Below are positions 42,242 through 54,050 of a stretch of 64,000 nt of DNA, in pieces; the stretch's first letter is position 1, and each line of letters starts with the position of its first letter. A program made the position numbers and the translations under genes. The stretch comes from Octopus vulgaris (taxonomy: Eukaryota), in NCBI GenBank assembly GCA_951406725.2, contig OX597814.1, positions 162,192,001 through 162,256,000 of the forward strand, written 5' to 3'. The notes beneath the pieces are model-generated. The model saw only the letters and a program-made list of their open reading frames with translations, was not told the origin of the DNA and made no database searches.

Positions 42242-42379
42242 TTATATTTCTTATATTAATAGTCCCACTGCATGGCACCTTGGGCAAGTGTCTTCTACTA
42301 TAGCCTCGGGCTGACCAAAGCCTTGTGAGTGGATTTAGTGACTGAAAGAAGCCTGAAGTATATATGTATATATATATGC

Positions 42380-42815
42380 ACGAGCATGACTGTGTGGTTA
42401 GGGAGCTTGCTTCCTAGCTACATGGTTTCGGGTTCAGTCCCACTGTGTGGCACTTTGGGCAGGTGTCTTCCACTGTAGCCTCTAATCGACCGAAGCTTTG
42501 TGATTGAATTTGGTAGGCGGAAGTTACTGCCGTGTGTGTATATGTGCGTGTAGGTGCTCAGTGCCTCTCTGAAAGAGAGAGAGGGATATATATATATATG
42601 TATGCATGTGTATGTTTCTGTGTCTGTGTTTGTCCCCCAGCATCGCTTGACAACCAATGCTGGTGTGTTTACGTCCCCGTAACTTAGCCGTTCAGCAAAA
42701 GAGACTGATAGAATAAGTACTAGGCTTACAAAGAATAAGTCCTGGGGTCGATTTGCTCGACTAAAGGCGATGCTCCAGCATGGCCACAGTCAAATGACTG
42801 AAACGAGTAAAAGAG
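42380..42815 (+). mobile_element. Near full-length tRNA-derived SINE
   Basis: A/B-box head (tgtgtggttagg...ggttcagtccc), internal (TA/TG)n, tail ...gctccagcatggccacagtcaaatgactgaaac.agtaaaaga. Confidence 0.85.
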
Positions 42816-42944
42816 AAAACACACAACACACATGACCATTGTGAACCACCAAGATTCATCATCATGAGAACACCCTAACCTCTTAAAATTTGAACTGAAT
42901 GCTTATAGATATGCCTGTTGTGGCTTTTTATGTTATTCTTTTAT

Positions 42945-43248
42945 TCTTTTATTTGTTTCAGTCATTTGACTGTGGCCATGCTGGAGCACCACCTTTAGTT
43001 GAACAAATCACTGCCAGGACTTATTTTTTGTAAGCCGAATCACTAAGTTACAGGGACATAAATACACCAACATCAGTTGTCAAGCAATGGTGGGGGACAA
43101 ACATGCACACACATACACATATATATATACACACACAATGGGCTTCTCACCCACAAGACACTTGCCCAAGGTGTCATGCAGTGGGACTGAACCCAGAACC
43201 ATGTAGCTGGTAAGCAAGCTATTTACCACACAGCCACTTCTACACCTA
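42945..43248 (-). mobile_element. Internally deleted copy of the same SINE, inverted
   Basis: Reverse complement of 42380-42815 with deletions. Confidence 0.8.
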
Positions 43249-43849
43249 TATGTTTTTAAAGAATTTTTAAATGATGAAGACAAAACTTGTAAAGTTAATA
43301 AAAAGAAGCTGTTATTAAAAGGCTTAAAAGGATATAAAAGAAATAAATTATAAAAAAATTATAAAATCATAAAATTATCTTTCATAAAAAAAAATCAGGA
43401 ACATTGTTGTTTATCAGTTAAAACAAAATAGGTTGAACTCTTAAATCAAATTAAATGATCACCTTAAAAGAAATAAAGTCAACTTGATGCACAACTCTTC
43501 CTTTTTGAGATTAAAGCATTGTTTGAATATAAAACTGGAATGAATGTAGCATAAAAGATTCTATTGAATGAATCAAAAATTATATTGGAAAGAATTGAAA
43601 AGTTCATCCCTACATAATTCTTGAAGAAGCATTTTATTTACACAAGAGGAGTTAAATCCAAAATTCAAAATTTACGAACATCACGCTCTTAGAAACAGAA
43701 CTACTTCTCCTGCATTTACCTTCATAGTCATTAAATCCTGAATTGATTATTTTCAAATTAGTATATGTGAAAGTGGAAATTTAAATTCATTAGATTACAT
43801 GTTGCATTTAGTTGTAGACAGAATTAGTCTGAATTGGTATATTTTTATC

Positions 43850-44290
43850 ATCACCATTTTAACATCCACTTTTCCATGCTTGCATGTGTTGGACAGAGTT
43901 TATTAAGATAGGTTTCCTATGGTGGGATGCCTATCTTGTTACCAACCCTCAGCTGTTTCCAAGAAAGGTAATATTTCCACATGGCCAAACATGCTCTTGC
44001 ACAATTTGGAAACAAATGACACTACTTGTATGACAGTGACAATCATTTACAGCTACCACATGATGTCAAGACAAGGAGGCACAAACACACACACACACAT
44101 GCACGCACGTGCACGTGCACGTGCACACACACACACACACACACATGTAACAGGCTTCTCTCAGCTTCCATCTTTCTGCTTTCCAAATCCATTTACAAGG
44201 TTTTGGTTGGCCTGTGGGTTTATAGCAGAAAACACTTCTCCAAGGTTCCACACAACAGAATTGAAACCAGAACCATGTGGTTGGGACACT
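43850..44290 (-). mobile_element. SINE copy
   Basis: Same organisation as 9955-10410, with an internal (CA)n/(TGCACG)n tract. Confidence 0.65.
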
Positions 44291-47107
44291 ACCATAAGCA
44301 GAAAACATATATTTAAGGTACTGCACAATGAATTGAAACTTGGAGCCACATAACCATATCTGTGCTTTTGTTTGTATTATTCCTGATTTAAAAAAAAAAT
44401 TAACCAACTTGTAGCTAACTAATTGGATGGTTGTTATTGTGAACTTTACATTGCTCATAGTCAATGCCTTGACATTCATACTAATACAGGGTTTCATTTG
44501 TCTCTCTCTCTTACCATTTGTTCTGCTGTAGTGAAGTTCTTTAAGCATACTAGTGCATCTGTATTGTTAACCTGCTATCATTACAATATCTTTAGTCTAT
44601 TGTCTTTTATGTAGAGGTTTTTTTTACTAGGGTCTTATAAACAAAAATAGGGTTATAATTCTATTGTCATATTATTGTTATTGTGTAGCTCAAGTGTAAT
44701 TATGATCTAAGGCATTCTAACCATGACCATCTCATCCTTTTTTATTTATGTAATTTGTCCTTTATTAAAGATGATATGATGGTTGTTTTGCAGTTATTTC
44801 CAGCAGGTGAGCAACCACATACAGGCTTCCTTGGAGAAATTTAAGTGGCTATCATGTTTCCAATTAATAATTCAGTATCATAATTCAATCACTATGACTA
44901 CATCAGTTAAACTTGCAACTCATTTTTGTGTTGATTTGCCAAATTTCTACATGGATACCTGGTTAAGAAATCGTCTTCAGAGCTATGAGATTACAGGTTC
45001 AATTGCAGTGCACAGCACCTTGGGAAAATGTCTTTTAACATAGCATTGAATTAACCAAAGCTTTGTAAGTAAAACTTGGCAAATAATAATTTAGCAGAAG
45101 CTTGGAAAGTGGACCATTTCTGTTTTAGGGTGGAAGACTTAATTTGTCCCCCAGTTTAACACATGGCTCATGTGTGCTTTTAATGAGGCCCTTCCTGTTG
45201 GATTTATTAAGGTGAGATCTTCTCTATGAATATAACTTTCTCCTATCCTTCCATCAGTCTTGAAGTCCCTAGAAATAAAAATGAGTACTACCTTTCTTCC
45301 TATGATTAAGGTCTTACAAGAAATTTAATTCAAGACCAGAAGAACTTGTTTGCTCTCCTTCTTCATGATTCATTTTAACTTCTACAATCTTCTACCTTAT
45401 TTTTTACCTAGGTTAAGCTGTTAAACATTTTGCCAAGAAGCTTTCTTGACGATGTTGAAAGAATATTCACAACTGACACCAATTTAGAAGCCTTTTTAAT
45501 GTAGCTGATACTATTTGAGGTATAATTCTGTGCAGCATATTTAATTAAGTGTTGATGTTATGGTTGAATATCCTACAATGTTCATTTGTTGCTGTATCGG
45601 AATTCAAAATGTTACCAAATAAAGTCATCATTATTATATACTGCTGTTGGTGTTTATTGTTGATGTTTAGACTCTTATCAACTTCAATATTGCAAGCCTG
45701 CAATCAAAGCACTGTAGCAATGACCAACCTACTTTTAAGGATATATAAGGCTAAGAATATTATGTAAAATATTCTTGTTTTGTTTAATATAACAGATTCT
45801 AATTTTAAGGATATTCTGTGGCTATTTTTAGCATTCTTAGTCACTATATAGAGACTCCTTCACTGGTCTGGGTTCCATTAGTTTTATTTGGAAGCATTTT
45901 CTCCAGATGAGTTATTTTCAGACTGTTATACATTGCAGCTAGGACTTCTGGTTTTTTGCCAAAATGATATCTACTGACTTTGCAGAATCCTCATTTTTTT
46001 TTTCTGTTATAACTGCAAGCATAAAGATTCTACATTTGCTGCCTGATTTTCCCGATTCCATGCTGCATACGCAACAAATCACTTTCCAAAGTTGAACTGT
46101 TTTATCAATGCAAGTATATAGTGATCAAACATGAAAACTTACCAAATTGCTCCAACACAACAAAGCAAACATGTTTAACAGTGAGTGTACTTTCCATAGT
46201 CCTTTAATCTCTTCAGTTTTTCTCACATTACAAGAACCTATCCTAATTTATGTAAGCTCAAATGATGTGTCCAATTCCAAAGAAGGGCAACTCCTCTGAC
46301 CCTGTCAATAACTACCCTATTACTACTCATTTCCAATAGCTCAAAAACAATAGAAAGGGTCATAAACAACTGCCTTTATCACTTTCAGTCTTCCTCTCTC
46401 TTGTCAGTGAACACAAATATGATTCCAAAAAGCTGTCTTATACCCACACCAATGCTAGCTTACTCTTGAGAATTTTGGGGAAAAGCAGTAGTTTTGCTTC
46501 TCATGTGATCAGGTGTTTCCTGTCAAAATAGAGTGCTGCTAACATCTAAGGAACAAAGCTACTGTACACAAACATCCAAATATCTATCCAAAAGAAGGTC
46601 ATTCCACTGACTGAGAAGGATGCAACTGCTGATCTACAAACACCCTGCTCTTCTTCCCATCTCTTCTGTTGCTACTACAATCTCCTTTGTTCCTCTGAAG
46701 TAGCAAGCTGCACATCACCTCTAACCAAATTCATTTCATACTCCTACTTCTACTATGCCCACCTAAATCTATTTGATACAGTTACTTCTACCACCTAAAC
46801 TCATTTGATAAACCTACCCCTAACAACTTAATCTGTCAGGCCAATAAGAGAACCTCTACATGGTCATTTAATCTGTGAGAAATAGCAGCTAAATCTCCCT
46901 TAAATGGGGGAAGACATTTGGATCACATGATACTGGTTTCTCTGCACATAGGAAAAAATGGAGTGAGTTATATATAGAATGTCTGTAACAGAGCTCACCA
47001 GAGGATGACTTATTTTATCAAGGCTAACTTGAAACTTAAGAAAAACAACTTCCATCAAAAAGCCACATGACACACCAGCTATTCCTCCCATGCTCCACTC
47101 TGCAGAC

Positions 47108-47844
47108 CAGTGTTTCTCAACCTTTCTACCCTTAAATAAATTACATGTCTCAAAGAACCCCTGCACAAAAAAAACTATATACCATATCTTTCTCATATAT
47201 TTTTCATTGGTTTTACATGGTAAATATCATAAATCTTAGGTCAACAGGTTTTGGGGTCTGACGATACTCTCTCTCCCTCTCACCACCCACACCCCCACCC
47301 CCACACTCACACATACATACACACGTCCAGACCACCAGCCCTCTTTCACACGCACATACATATTCTCTTATACACACATGCACTTTTGTGTTGGGGGTAC
47401 CTTCGTATTGGAAGTCACTTGACCTGTTATCTTCTCTACTGTCCCTCTTGCGTCTGACCACTGTCCGAAGTCAGTATGCCATGATAGATCGTTAGCTCCT
47501 ACATGCATTTTTTTTTCTCCTTGTTTCTCTCCTTGTTTTTTTCTGTGTATCTTTCTGTAGAAGAGCGTAGGCTCAAAACGTAAAAGACTTTTTCTATTTC
47601 TATTCCTGAGCGTTATACTAATACATTTGTTTATTTGTACTCCACCTGCCTTTGTCTTTTGTTTATTTTCGTAAACTTTCCCATTATATATATATAATCA
47701 TATATTGTAATATTACAATATTACAATAACCAATAATATGCTGTGCATGAATAGTAATATTATGATCATGAAATTAGCATTAGTTTATCTCACTCTTTCT
47801 CACTGAACCCTAGGGTTCAGGAGAACCCTGGTAGAGAAACGCTG
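47108..47844 (+). mobile_element. hAT (Charlie-like) non-autonomous element with nested Penelope-like fragment
   Basis: TIR CAGTGTTTCTC / GAGAAACGCTG; 8-bp TSD ctgcagac (47100-07) and ctgtagac (47845-52). Confidence 0.85.
47550..47587 (+). ncRNA. Degenerate minimal type-I hammerhead ribozyme motif in a Penelope-like fragment (about 47230-47690)
   Basis: Stem I TCTTT/AAAGA; core CTGtaGA-a; stem II GAGC-gtag-GCTC; aAAA-CG-TA. A6 and G12 are mutated. Confidence 0.55.
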
Positions 47845-48639
47845 CTGTAGACACTACAAAAAACTGTCCAATCATTCTTTCTCATAGTTGCAGCTTTCCT
47901 TGAAAATGTTTTGTCTCAAAGTATCAACCTACAAAAGTTCAGACTGAATATCAACTGCATCAATCCCAACAGTCTGGGATTGTTTATTAAGATTATAGGT
48001 GTTACTGTTTTCCTATCCTGGCTAATTAACATTACAAAGCATGTGGAATTATAACCTCTGTTTGAATATGAATTAAGACATTGAGAACAGAGATGGTTAG
48101 GGTGAGAGATACAAAAGAAAGGTGCCAAGTAGACAGTGGCTGTATGGTAGGCCAAACATGTTAACATACTTTGTGGGAACCAAATGTAAGATGAATGTGA
48201 CAGATACCATGACCTTTCAAAAGTTAGCTGAGTTATGAAAGCAATCATCATTATCATCATTATCATCATCATTGTCCACTTTTCCATGGCTGCATAGACC
48301 AAACAGAATTTGTTGAGATGGATTTTCTTTAGATGGAGGCCCTTCTTGTTGCCAACTCTCACTTGTTTCCAAACAAGGTAATATTCCCCATGACCAGCCA
48401 TTTTTATGGAAGATTGGAAATGAAGAACACCACTTGCACTGCATGATGGTAACATACATTTACAACTATCATGTGAAGGTAAGGAGGCAATCACACACAC
48501 ACACAAGGCAGCCTTTGTCTTTTTCTATCCAAATGGGATTTTCAACCCAATATTAATATTTATAGCTTTATGTGATGTGCTTCAAGAACCAATGTTCCAA
48601 AAATGATATATGCGTATGTGTGAGTGTATCCTTTTCTAC

Positions 48640-49012
48640 TCTTGGACCAAGGCCAGAAATTTTTGGGGAGGGGGCCAGTCAATTAGATTGATCCCAGTAC
48701 ACAACTAGTACTTAATTTATTGACAGTTCTATATTTAAGAGATGTGGAATTATGTACTTTATTTACATTATTTACATTTGACGGATAATTGTCCTCATCT
48801 TGTTTGTTGTTAACACAACGTTTCGGCTGATATACCCTCCAGCCTTCAACAGGTGTCTTGGTCAATTAGATTGACTCCTGTGCGCAACTGGTACCTAATT
48901 TATTGACCCCGAAAGGATGAAAGGCAAAGTCGACCTTGGTGGGATTTGAACTCAGAATGTAAAGACGGGCGAAATGCCTGGCGTGTTAATATTTCTGCCA
49001 GTCTGCTGCCTT
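48640..49012 (-). mobile_element. Second-family SINE interrupted by a Penelope-like fragment (48725-48860)
   Basis: The SINE body is duplicated over 47 bp either side of an unrelated 136-bp insert. Confidence 0.75.
48812..48857 (-). ncRNA. Minimal type-I hammerhead ribozyme motif (Penelope pLTR type), one core mutation
   Basis: Minus strand: GACAC-CTGtTGA-A-GGCTG(gagggtatat)CAGCC-GAAA-CG-TT-GTGTT. Stems I and II pair, and stem III is reduced to the palindrome AACGTT. Confidence 0.7.
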
Positions 49013-50040
49013 ATGTATGTGTGTATTAAAAGGATAATGGAGAGGCAGAATTAGTTGAATGGTTATGTCCCTTTACATTCTTAATTCAAATCCTGTGTGT
49101 TTTAACTGTCTTTTATTTTTCCAGAATTGATATAATACAATAACCACGTATACACGTACTGTGATTAATTTAACCTTCTATATTCCTACCTTAAAACTGG
49201 TATCCATGTGCCCTTGTACCTATTTCAGAAACATATGTAATATTAATTCTGCTTGAAACTGAAAAGGCTGAGGAATGGAGATCATATATATAAGCAGTAA
49301 TGCATTTCCAACCAAGTTAAATATACAGGTTGTCAGAACATTACAAATAAAATGGCTTAAAGTGTTATAAAGAACGACAGCTGGCAATTCTTTGTAAGAA
49401 TCTAACTTGGCTGCAATTTTCAAAAAGAATCAACTAAATGACCTTTTCGTTTGATTCACTATGTAAAATTTATTCCTTCTTAAGCTTATTTCATGGAAAC
49501 AAGATGTCAAAAATGATTTCGATTATACACACCACACGCACTATGCTACACATCACGTATACACACATACACCGACTATATTCACAATTCTGTTATGTTA
49601 CAATAGATTGCCATGACATTTGACCTTATCCAAGCAAAATTTCCTGCAAGTCTTTGGCTCCAATGCTGAATTCACTTATTCTCTTATTGACCAATGATAA
49701 ATACTACTAATATTGATTTTATTTGATTATAAAAACCGTAAAACTGTTCTTGAGTAATTTTTATATATTCTCATGTATTGGTAGATTTAAGTAAATATTT
49801 TATCTTAATCATTGAAACATTACTGATAACTACATTTTACTGAAAGGAATAATGGAGGTCAGAGTTGTAACTTTTTTGCATTTTGCTTCTTTCATGTCAA
49901 CAATTACATTCCATTGAATGATTTGATTTATTTGATTTGTTTTCGGTTAGTCTGAAGGAACAGTAGTGCTTATAACCTTCCCAGATCCTCCAAGACTACA
50001 AAATTTAAGAAGTCTGTATAAAGTTGCTATTACTGCTTAA

Positions 50041-50378
50041 CAGTTGGCATTTAATGTTTACAGCATATGGCTGGTATTCAATGTGTACAGCAGTGTACAA
50101 TTGGTATTCAATACACACAGTGTACAGTTGGTATTCAGTGCACACAGTATACAACTAGTATTCAATGTGTAGCATACAATAGAGTGTACAGCTGGTATTC
50201 AATGCGTAGTGTACAATTGGCATTCAATGTGTACAGTGTGTGGTTGGTATTCAAAGCACACAGTGTACAGCTGGTATTCAGTGTGTACAGTGTGTAGTTG
50301 GTATTCAATGTATAAAATTGGTTTTCTACATGTAATGTGTACAATGGATATTTTATGTGTAAGTGTACAGTTGGTTTC
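50041..50378. repeat. Degenerate minisatellite, about 27-bp unit (cagttggtattcaatgtgtacagtgta), about 13 units; resumes at about 51060-51175
   Basis: Units read directly from the sequence. Confidence 0.85.
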
Positions 50379-50389
50379 CTATATTTTTT

Positions 50390-50604
50390 ACTTCTTACTT
50401 TTTTTACTTGTTTCAGTCATTTGGCTGTGGCCATGCTGGAGCACCACCTTTAGTCGAGCAAATCGACCCCAGGACTTATTCTTTGGAAGCCTAGTACTTA
50501 TTCTATCGGGCTCTTTTGCCGAACCGCTAAGTTACAGGGACGTAATGACACCAGCATCGGTTGTCAAGCGATGTTGGGGGACAAACACAAACACACAAAC
50601 ATAT

Positions 50605-50661
<57 letters not shown>

Positions 50662-50827
50662 TATATGACGGGTTTCTTTCAGTTTCTATCTACTAAATCC
50701 ACTCACAAGGCTTTGGTCGGTCCGAGGCTTTAGTAGAAGACATTTGCCCAAGGTACCACGCAGTGGGACTGAACCTGGAACCATGTGGCTCGTAAGCAAG
50801 CTACTTACCACACAGCCACTCCTACGC
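50390..50827 (-). mobile_element. Full-length, young tRNA-derived SINE
   Basis: High identity to 42380-42815 (reverse), 57377-58001 and 61178-61573; CpGs largely retained. Confidence 0.88.
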
Positions 50828-50840
50828 TATCTGTAGCTTA

Positions 50841-51057
50841 TGAGAGGATGCCAAAAAGTTCTTGGTTTTGGATAAGAGAAAATATAGGAGGATGAATTAA
50901 TTATAATTTTATACAACATATTCCCCTCTCAGATTTACACACTTATTTTAGCAGTCTTTCAGTTTTTCTAAGCGCTGTAAAAGAACTAGGAAGGCTGGAC
51001 CTCCAGCCATGCCTTTTATGATACCCTTAAAGCCAGGAACTTTTCAGCACCCCATCG
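50841..51057 (+). mobile_element. Tc1/mariner-type MITE
   Basis: TA|tgagaggatgccaaaaagttcttggttt ... aaagccaggaacttttcagcaccccatcg|TA: imperfect TIRs of about 28 bp with TA duplication. Confidence 0.75.
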
Positions 51058-51811
51058 TATACTGTTGATATTTAATGCGTCCTTTGTACTGTCGGTATTC
51101 AATGTGTAAATTGGTGGTATTCAATGAATACTTTGTACAGCTGGTATGTAGTTTGTAATGTATATAGTTGATATTAAGTTCGAATTATTGTAGATAAGTG
51201 GTTACAAAGAAAATACTACTACTAATAATTATGGTTTTAAATTTTGGCACAAGGCCAGTAATTCCAGGGCAGGGGATAAACTTGATTACATCAACCTCAA
51301 TGCTCAACTGGTACTTATTTTATCAATCCCAAAAAGATGAAAGGCAAAATCAACCTCAGTGGATTAATAATAGTAATCCTTTCTACAACAGGCACAAGGC
51401 CTGAAACTTTGGCGTCGGGGGCTAGTTGATTACATCGATCCCAGTGTGATCAACCCTGAAAGGATGAAAGGCAAAATTGACCTCAGTGGAATTTGAACTC
51501 AAAACATAAAGGACGAAATGCTGCTAAACATTTTGCCCAGCATGCTAATGATTCTGCCAGCTTGCCGCCTTAACCAAATACATAATAATGATTTTATATT
51601 TTGGATCAAGCAATTTCAGGGGAAGGCGTAAATTGATTACATTGACCTCAGTGCTCAACTGGTACTTATTTTATTGACCCCGAAAGAATGAAAGGCAAAG
51701 TTGACCTCGGTGGAATTTGAACTCAGAATGTAAAGATGGACGAAATGCCACTTAGCATTTTGCCTGAAGTGCTAATGATTCTGCGAGTTTGCTGTCTAAT
51801 AAAAGAATTGC

Positions 51812-51880
51812 TTCTCTGGTGGGGAATTGAACGCCGGTCTCCTATGTGACAGGCAGGGATACTCACCACTATACTACTGA

Positions 51881-51883
<3 letters not shown>
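51812..51883 (-). pseudogene. tRNA-Asp(GTC) pseudogene
   Basis: The minus strand ATTTCAGTAGTATAGTGGTGAGTATCCCTGCCTGTCACATAGGAGACCGGCGTTCAATTCCCCACCAGAGAA aligns without gaps to the conserved metazoan tRNA-Asp, with anticodon GTC. Acceptor, anticodon and T stems carry mismatches, largely CpG transitions. Confidence 0.85.
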
Positions 51884-51918
<35 letters not shown>

Positions 51919-52214
51919 TAATAATGATAATAATAGTGGTTTCAAATTTTGGCACAAAGTCAGCAATTTTAGGTGAAGGGGATAGTTGATTATGTTCACA
52001 CCAGTACCTGACTGATTCTTGTTTTATTGACACTGAAGAGACAAAAGGCAAAGTTGACCTTGGAGGCATTTAAACTCAGAATGTAAATAGTTCATGGAAA
52101 TACCTCAAAGCATTCTGTCCCATGTTCAAATAATTCTGCTAGCTTGCCATGACAATGGTGATGATGATGATAGTGATGGCAGTGGTATCGATGATGATGA
52201 TGATGATGATGATG

Positions 52215-52925
52215 ATAAAGCCACTCCACCAGAAGTCACCAAAAACATATAATGAAGCAGAATACAGTAAGCAACTGCAGAATATGTGGGGAAGAAACAA
52301 TTACATTATCTCTGGCTGTCCAGTCTTAGCCAAGGGAGAATACATCCACAGGTGTGTCAGAGTTTGGTATTACAGACACTGGAAATTATGTCATGAAATA
52401 TTAACAGAAAAAATATCTATAGGCAAGCCTCAGAAAAAGTTTCTAAGAATGACAAAGCAATCATGCTCTGGGGTAGCAACACAGTCATGGAGATCAAGCA
52501 TAATCAACTACATATTGTTTGGCAAGGACCATAGGGAAAAGAACTGCCTTCTAATTGACACATAGGTCCCAAGAGATGATAATATATCACCAAAGGAGAT
52601 GGAAAAATTACTCAATTAGAAAGATCTTGAAATAGAGATAATCTGATAGTAGGGCCTGAATACAGAAGCAATCCTTTTGGGAATAAAAGAAAGAAAAATA
52701 TAGACAAATACATCACCAAAATCCCAGGATTTATTAAAATGCATAACATAGAAAATTACACCTCTAAACATCTCATACATATTACATAGGGTACTTTCAA
52801 TATTGTAAAAATAACAAAATGAAAGCAAAGCACAGCACATATGCCAAGCATACAGAACAAGCACTGTTCAGTAGTGTAGTGAAAGCCCACAATAAAAATA
52901 TGACTGCTAACTAATTATAATAATA
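52215..52925 (+). mobile_element. Degenerate 3' end of an RLE-endonuclease non-LTR retrotransposon (R4/Dong-like)
   Basis: Across frameshifts it reads NCRICGEETI..IISGCPVLAKGEYIHR (CCHC knuckle), HWKLC, KDHREKNCLLID, PRDDNISPKEMEK..KDLEIEI and HILHRVLSIL*. Flanked by (GAT)n and (TAA)n. Confidence 0.75.
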
Positions 52926-53070
52926 TTATCAAATTTTGGCACAAGGCCAGCAATTTTGTGGAGTGGTAGAACTCAGTTGGTAGAACTTCAACTCAGAACA
53001 TAAAGATGGACCGAAATACTGGTAAGCATTTTGACCAACATGTTAATGATTCTACCAGTTCACTGCCTTC

Positions 53071-53130
<60 letters not shown>

Positions 53131-53397
53131 ATAATAATGATGATGGTAATGATGATGATGATGATGATGCTTTCTGCTGAAGGCACAAGGTCTGAAATCT
53201 GGTGGGAGGGGACTAGTTGATTACATCAACCCCAGTGTTTCACTGATACTTAATTTATTGACCCCAAAAGAATGAAAGGCAAAGTCGACCTTGACAGAAT
53301 TTGAACTCAGAATGTAGCGATGGGCAAAATACTGCTAAGCATTTCGTTCAGCATGCTAACGATTCTACCAGCTCACCACCTTAAATAATAATAATAA

Positions 53398-53809
53398 GTT
53401 GTTTGACCATAATCAGTTGAGCATGTCCCTTAGTGGCTGACGATATTTGCATCTCTGATCATGATCAGAAGTAGTGGGGCAGCATCATAGTCATGTGTCG
53501 AGAGGAATTCTTTGGAGTATGGATAATTCACCTCTGGAAACATGGGTGTTTCATTTAACATCCTAAAACAATCTTTATTCAGGGACCTTTTGAGTGGGAT
53601 GGGCTACTCAACAAGAAGAAAATTCTAACTAAGCCCCACCCGCAAGGTCATGTGTTGTTTATCTTGATATGAGATCACTATGTCGTGCACATATGGCTGT
53701 GATGCATGTGCCTGGTGTACCCTTATCAGATGGGTAGTCACGATGGGTATATTGGGCTTTGTATATTTTACCCCAGTGTCACTTTGATGGCATGCACTGC
53801 TCTCTCACA

Positions 53810-53810
<1 letters not shown>
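53398..53810. mobile_element. Unclassified GC-richer insertion within (TAA)n, probably an interspersed repeat
   Basis: Sharp boundaries with (TAA)n on both sides, no credible ORF, single copy in this window. Confidence 0.5.

Positions 53811-54050
<240 letters not shown>

Larger units (their letters stand above)
51237..53382 (-). mobile_element. Cluster of about six same-orientation second-family SINE copies separated by (TAA)n/(GAT)n
   Basis: ggcacaaggcc...ggatgaaaggcaaagtcgacc...ggaatttgaactcagaa recurs at about 51240, 51390, 51600, 51945, 52935 and 53180. Confidence 0.8.

Noticed and set aside
42380-42460. SINE heads as tRNA genes
   Set aside because: They have A/B boxes but no cloverleaf and continue into a shared multi-copy body.
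45380-46130. Possible decayed transposon coding sequence
   Set aside because: I could not recover any diagnostic motif by eye, so it is not annotated.
47916-48506. Longest unexplained ORF (196 aa)
   Set aside because: It runs through a SINE and (GAT)n tail into AT-rich sequence with no recognisable protein character.
50041-50378. CRISPR-like appearance of the repeated TGGTATTCA core with variable linkers
   Set aside because: The linkers are short and homologous to each other rather than unique spacers, the repeats are degenerate, there are no cas genes and the context is eukaryotic.
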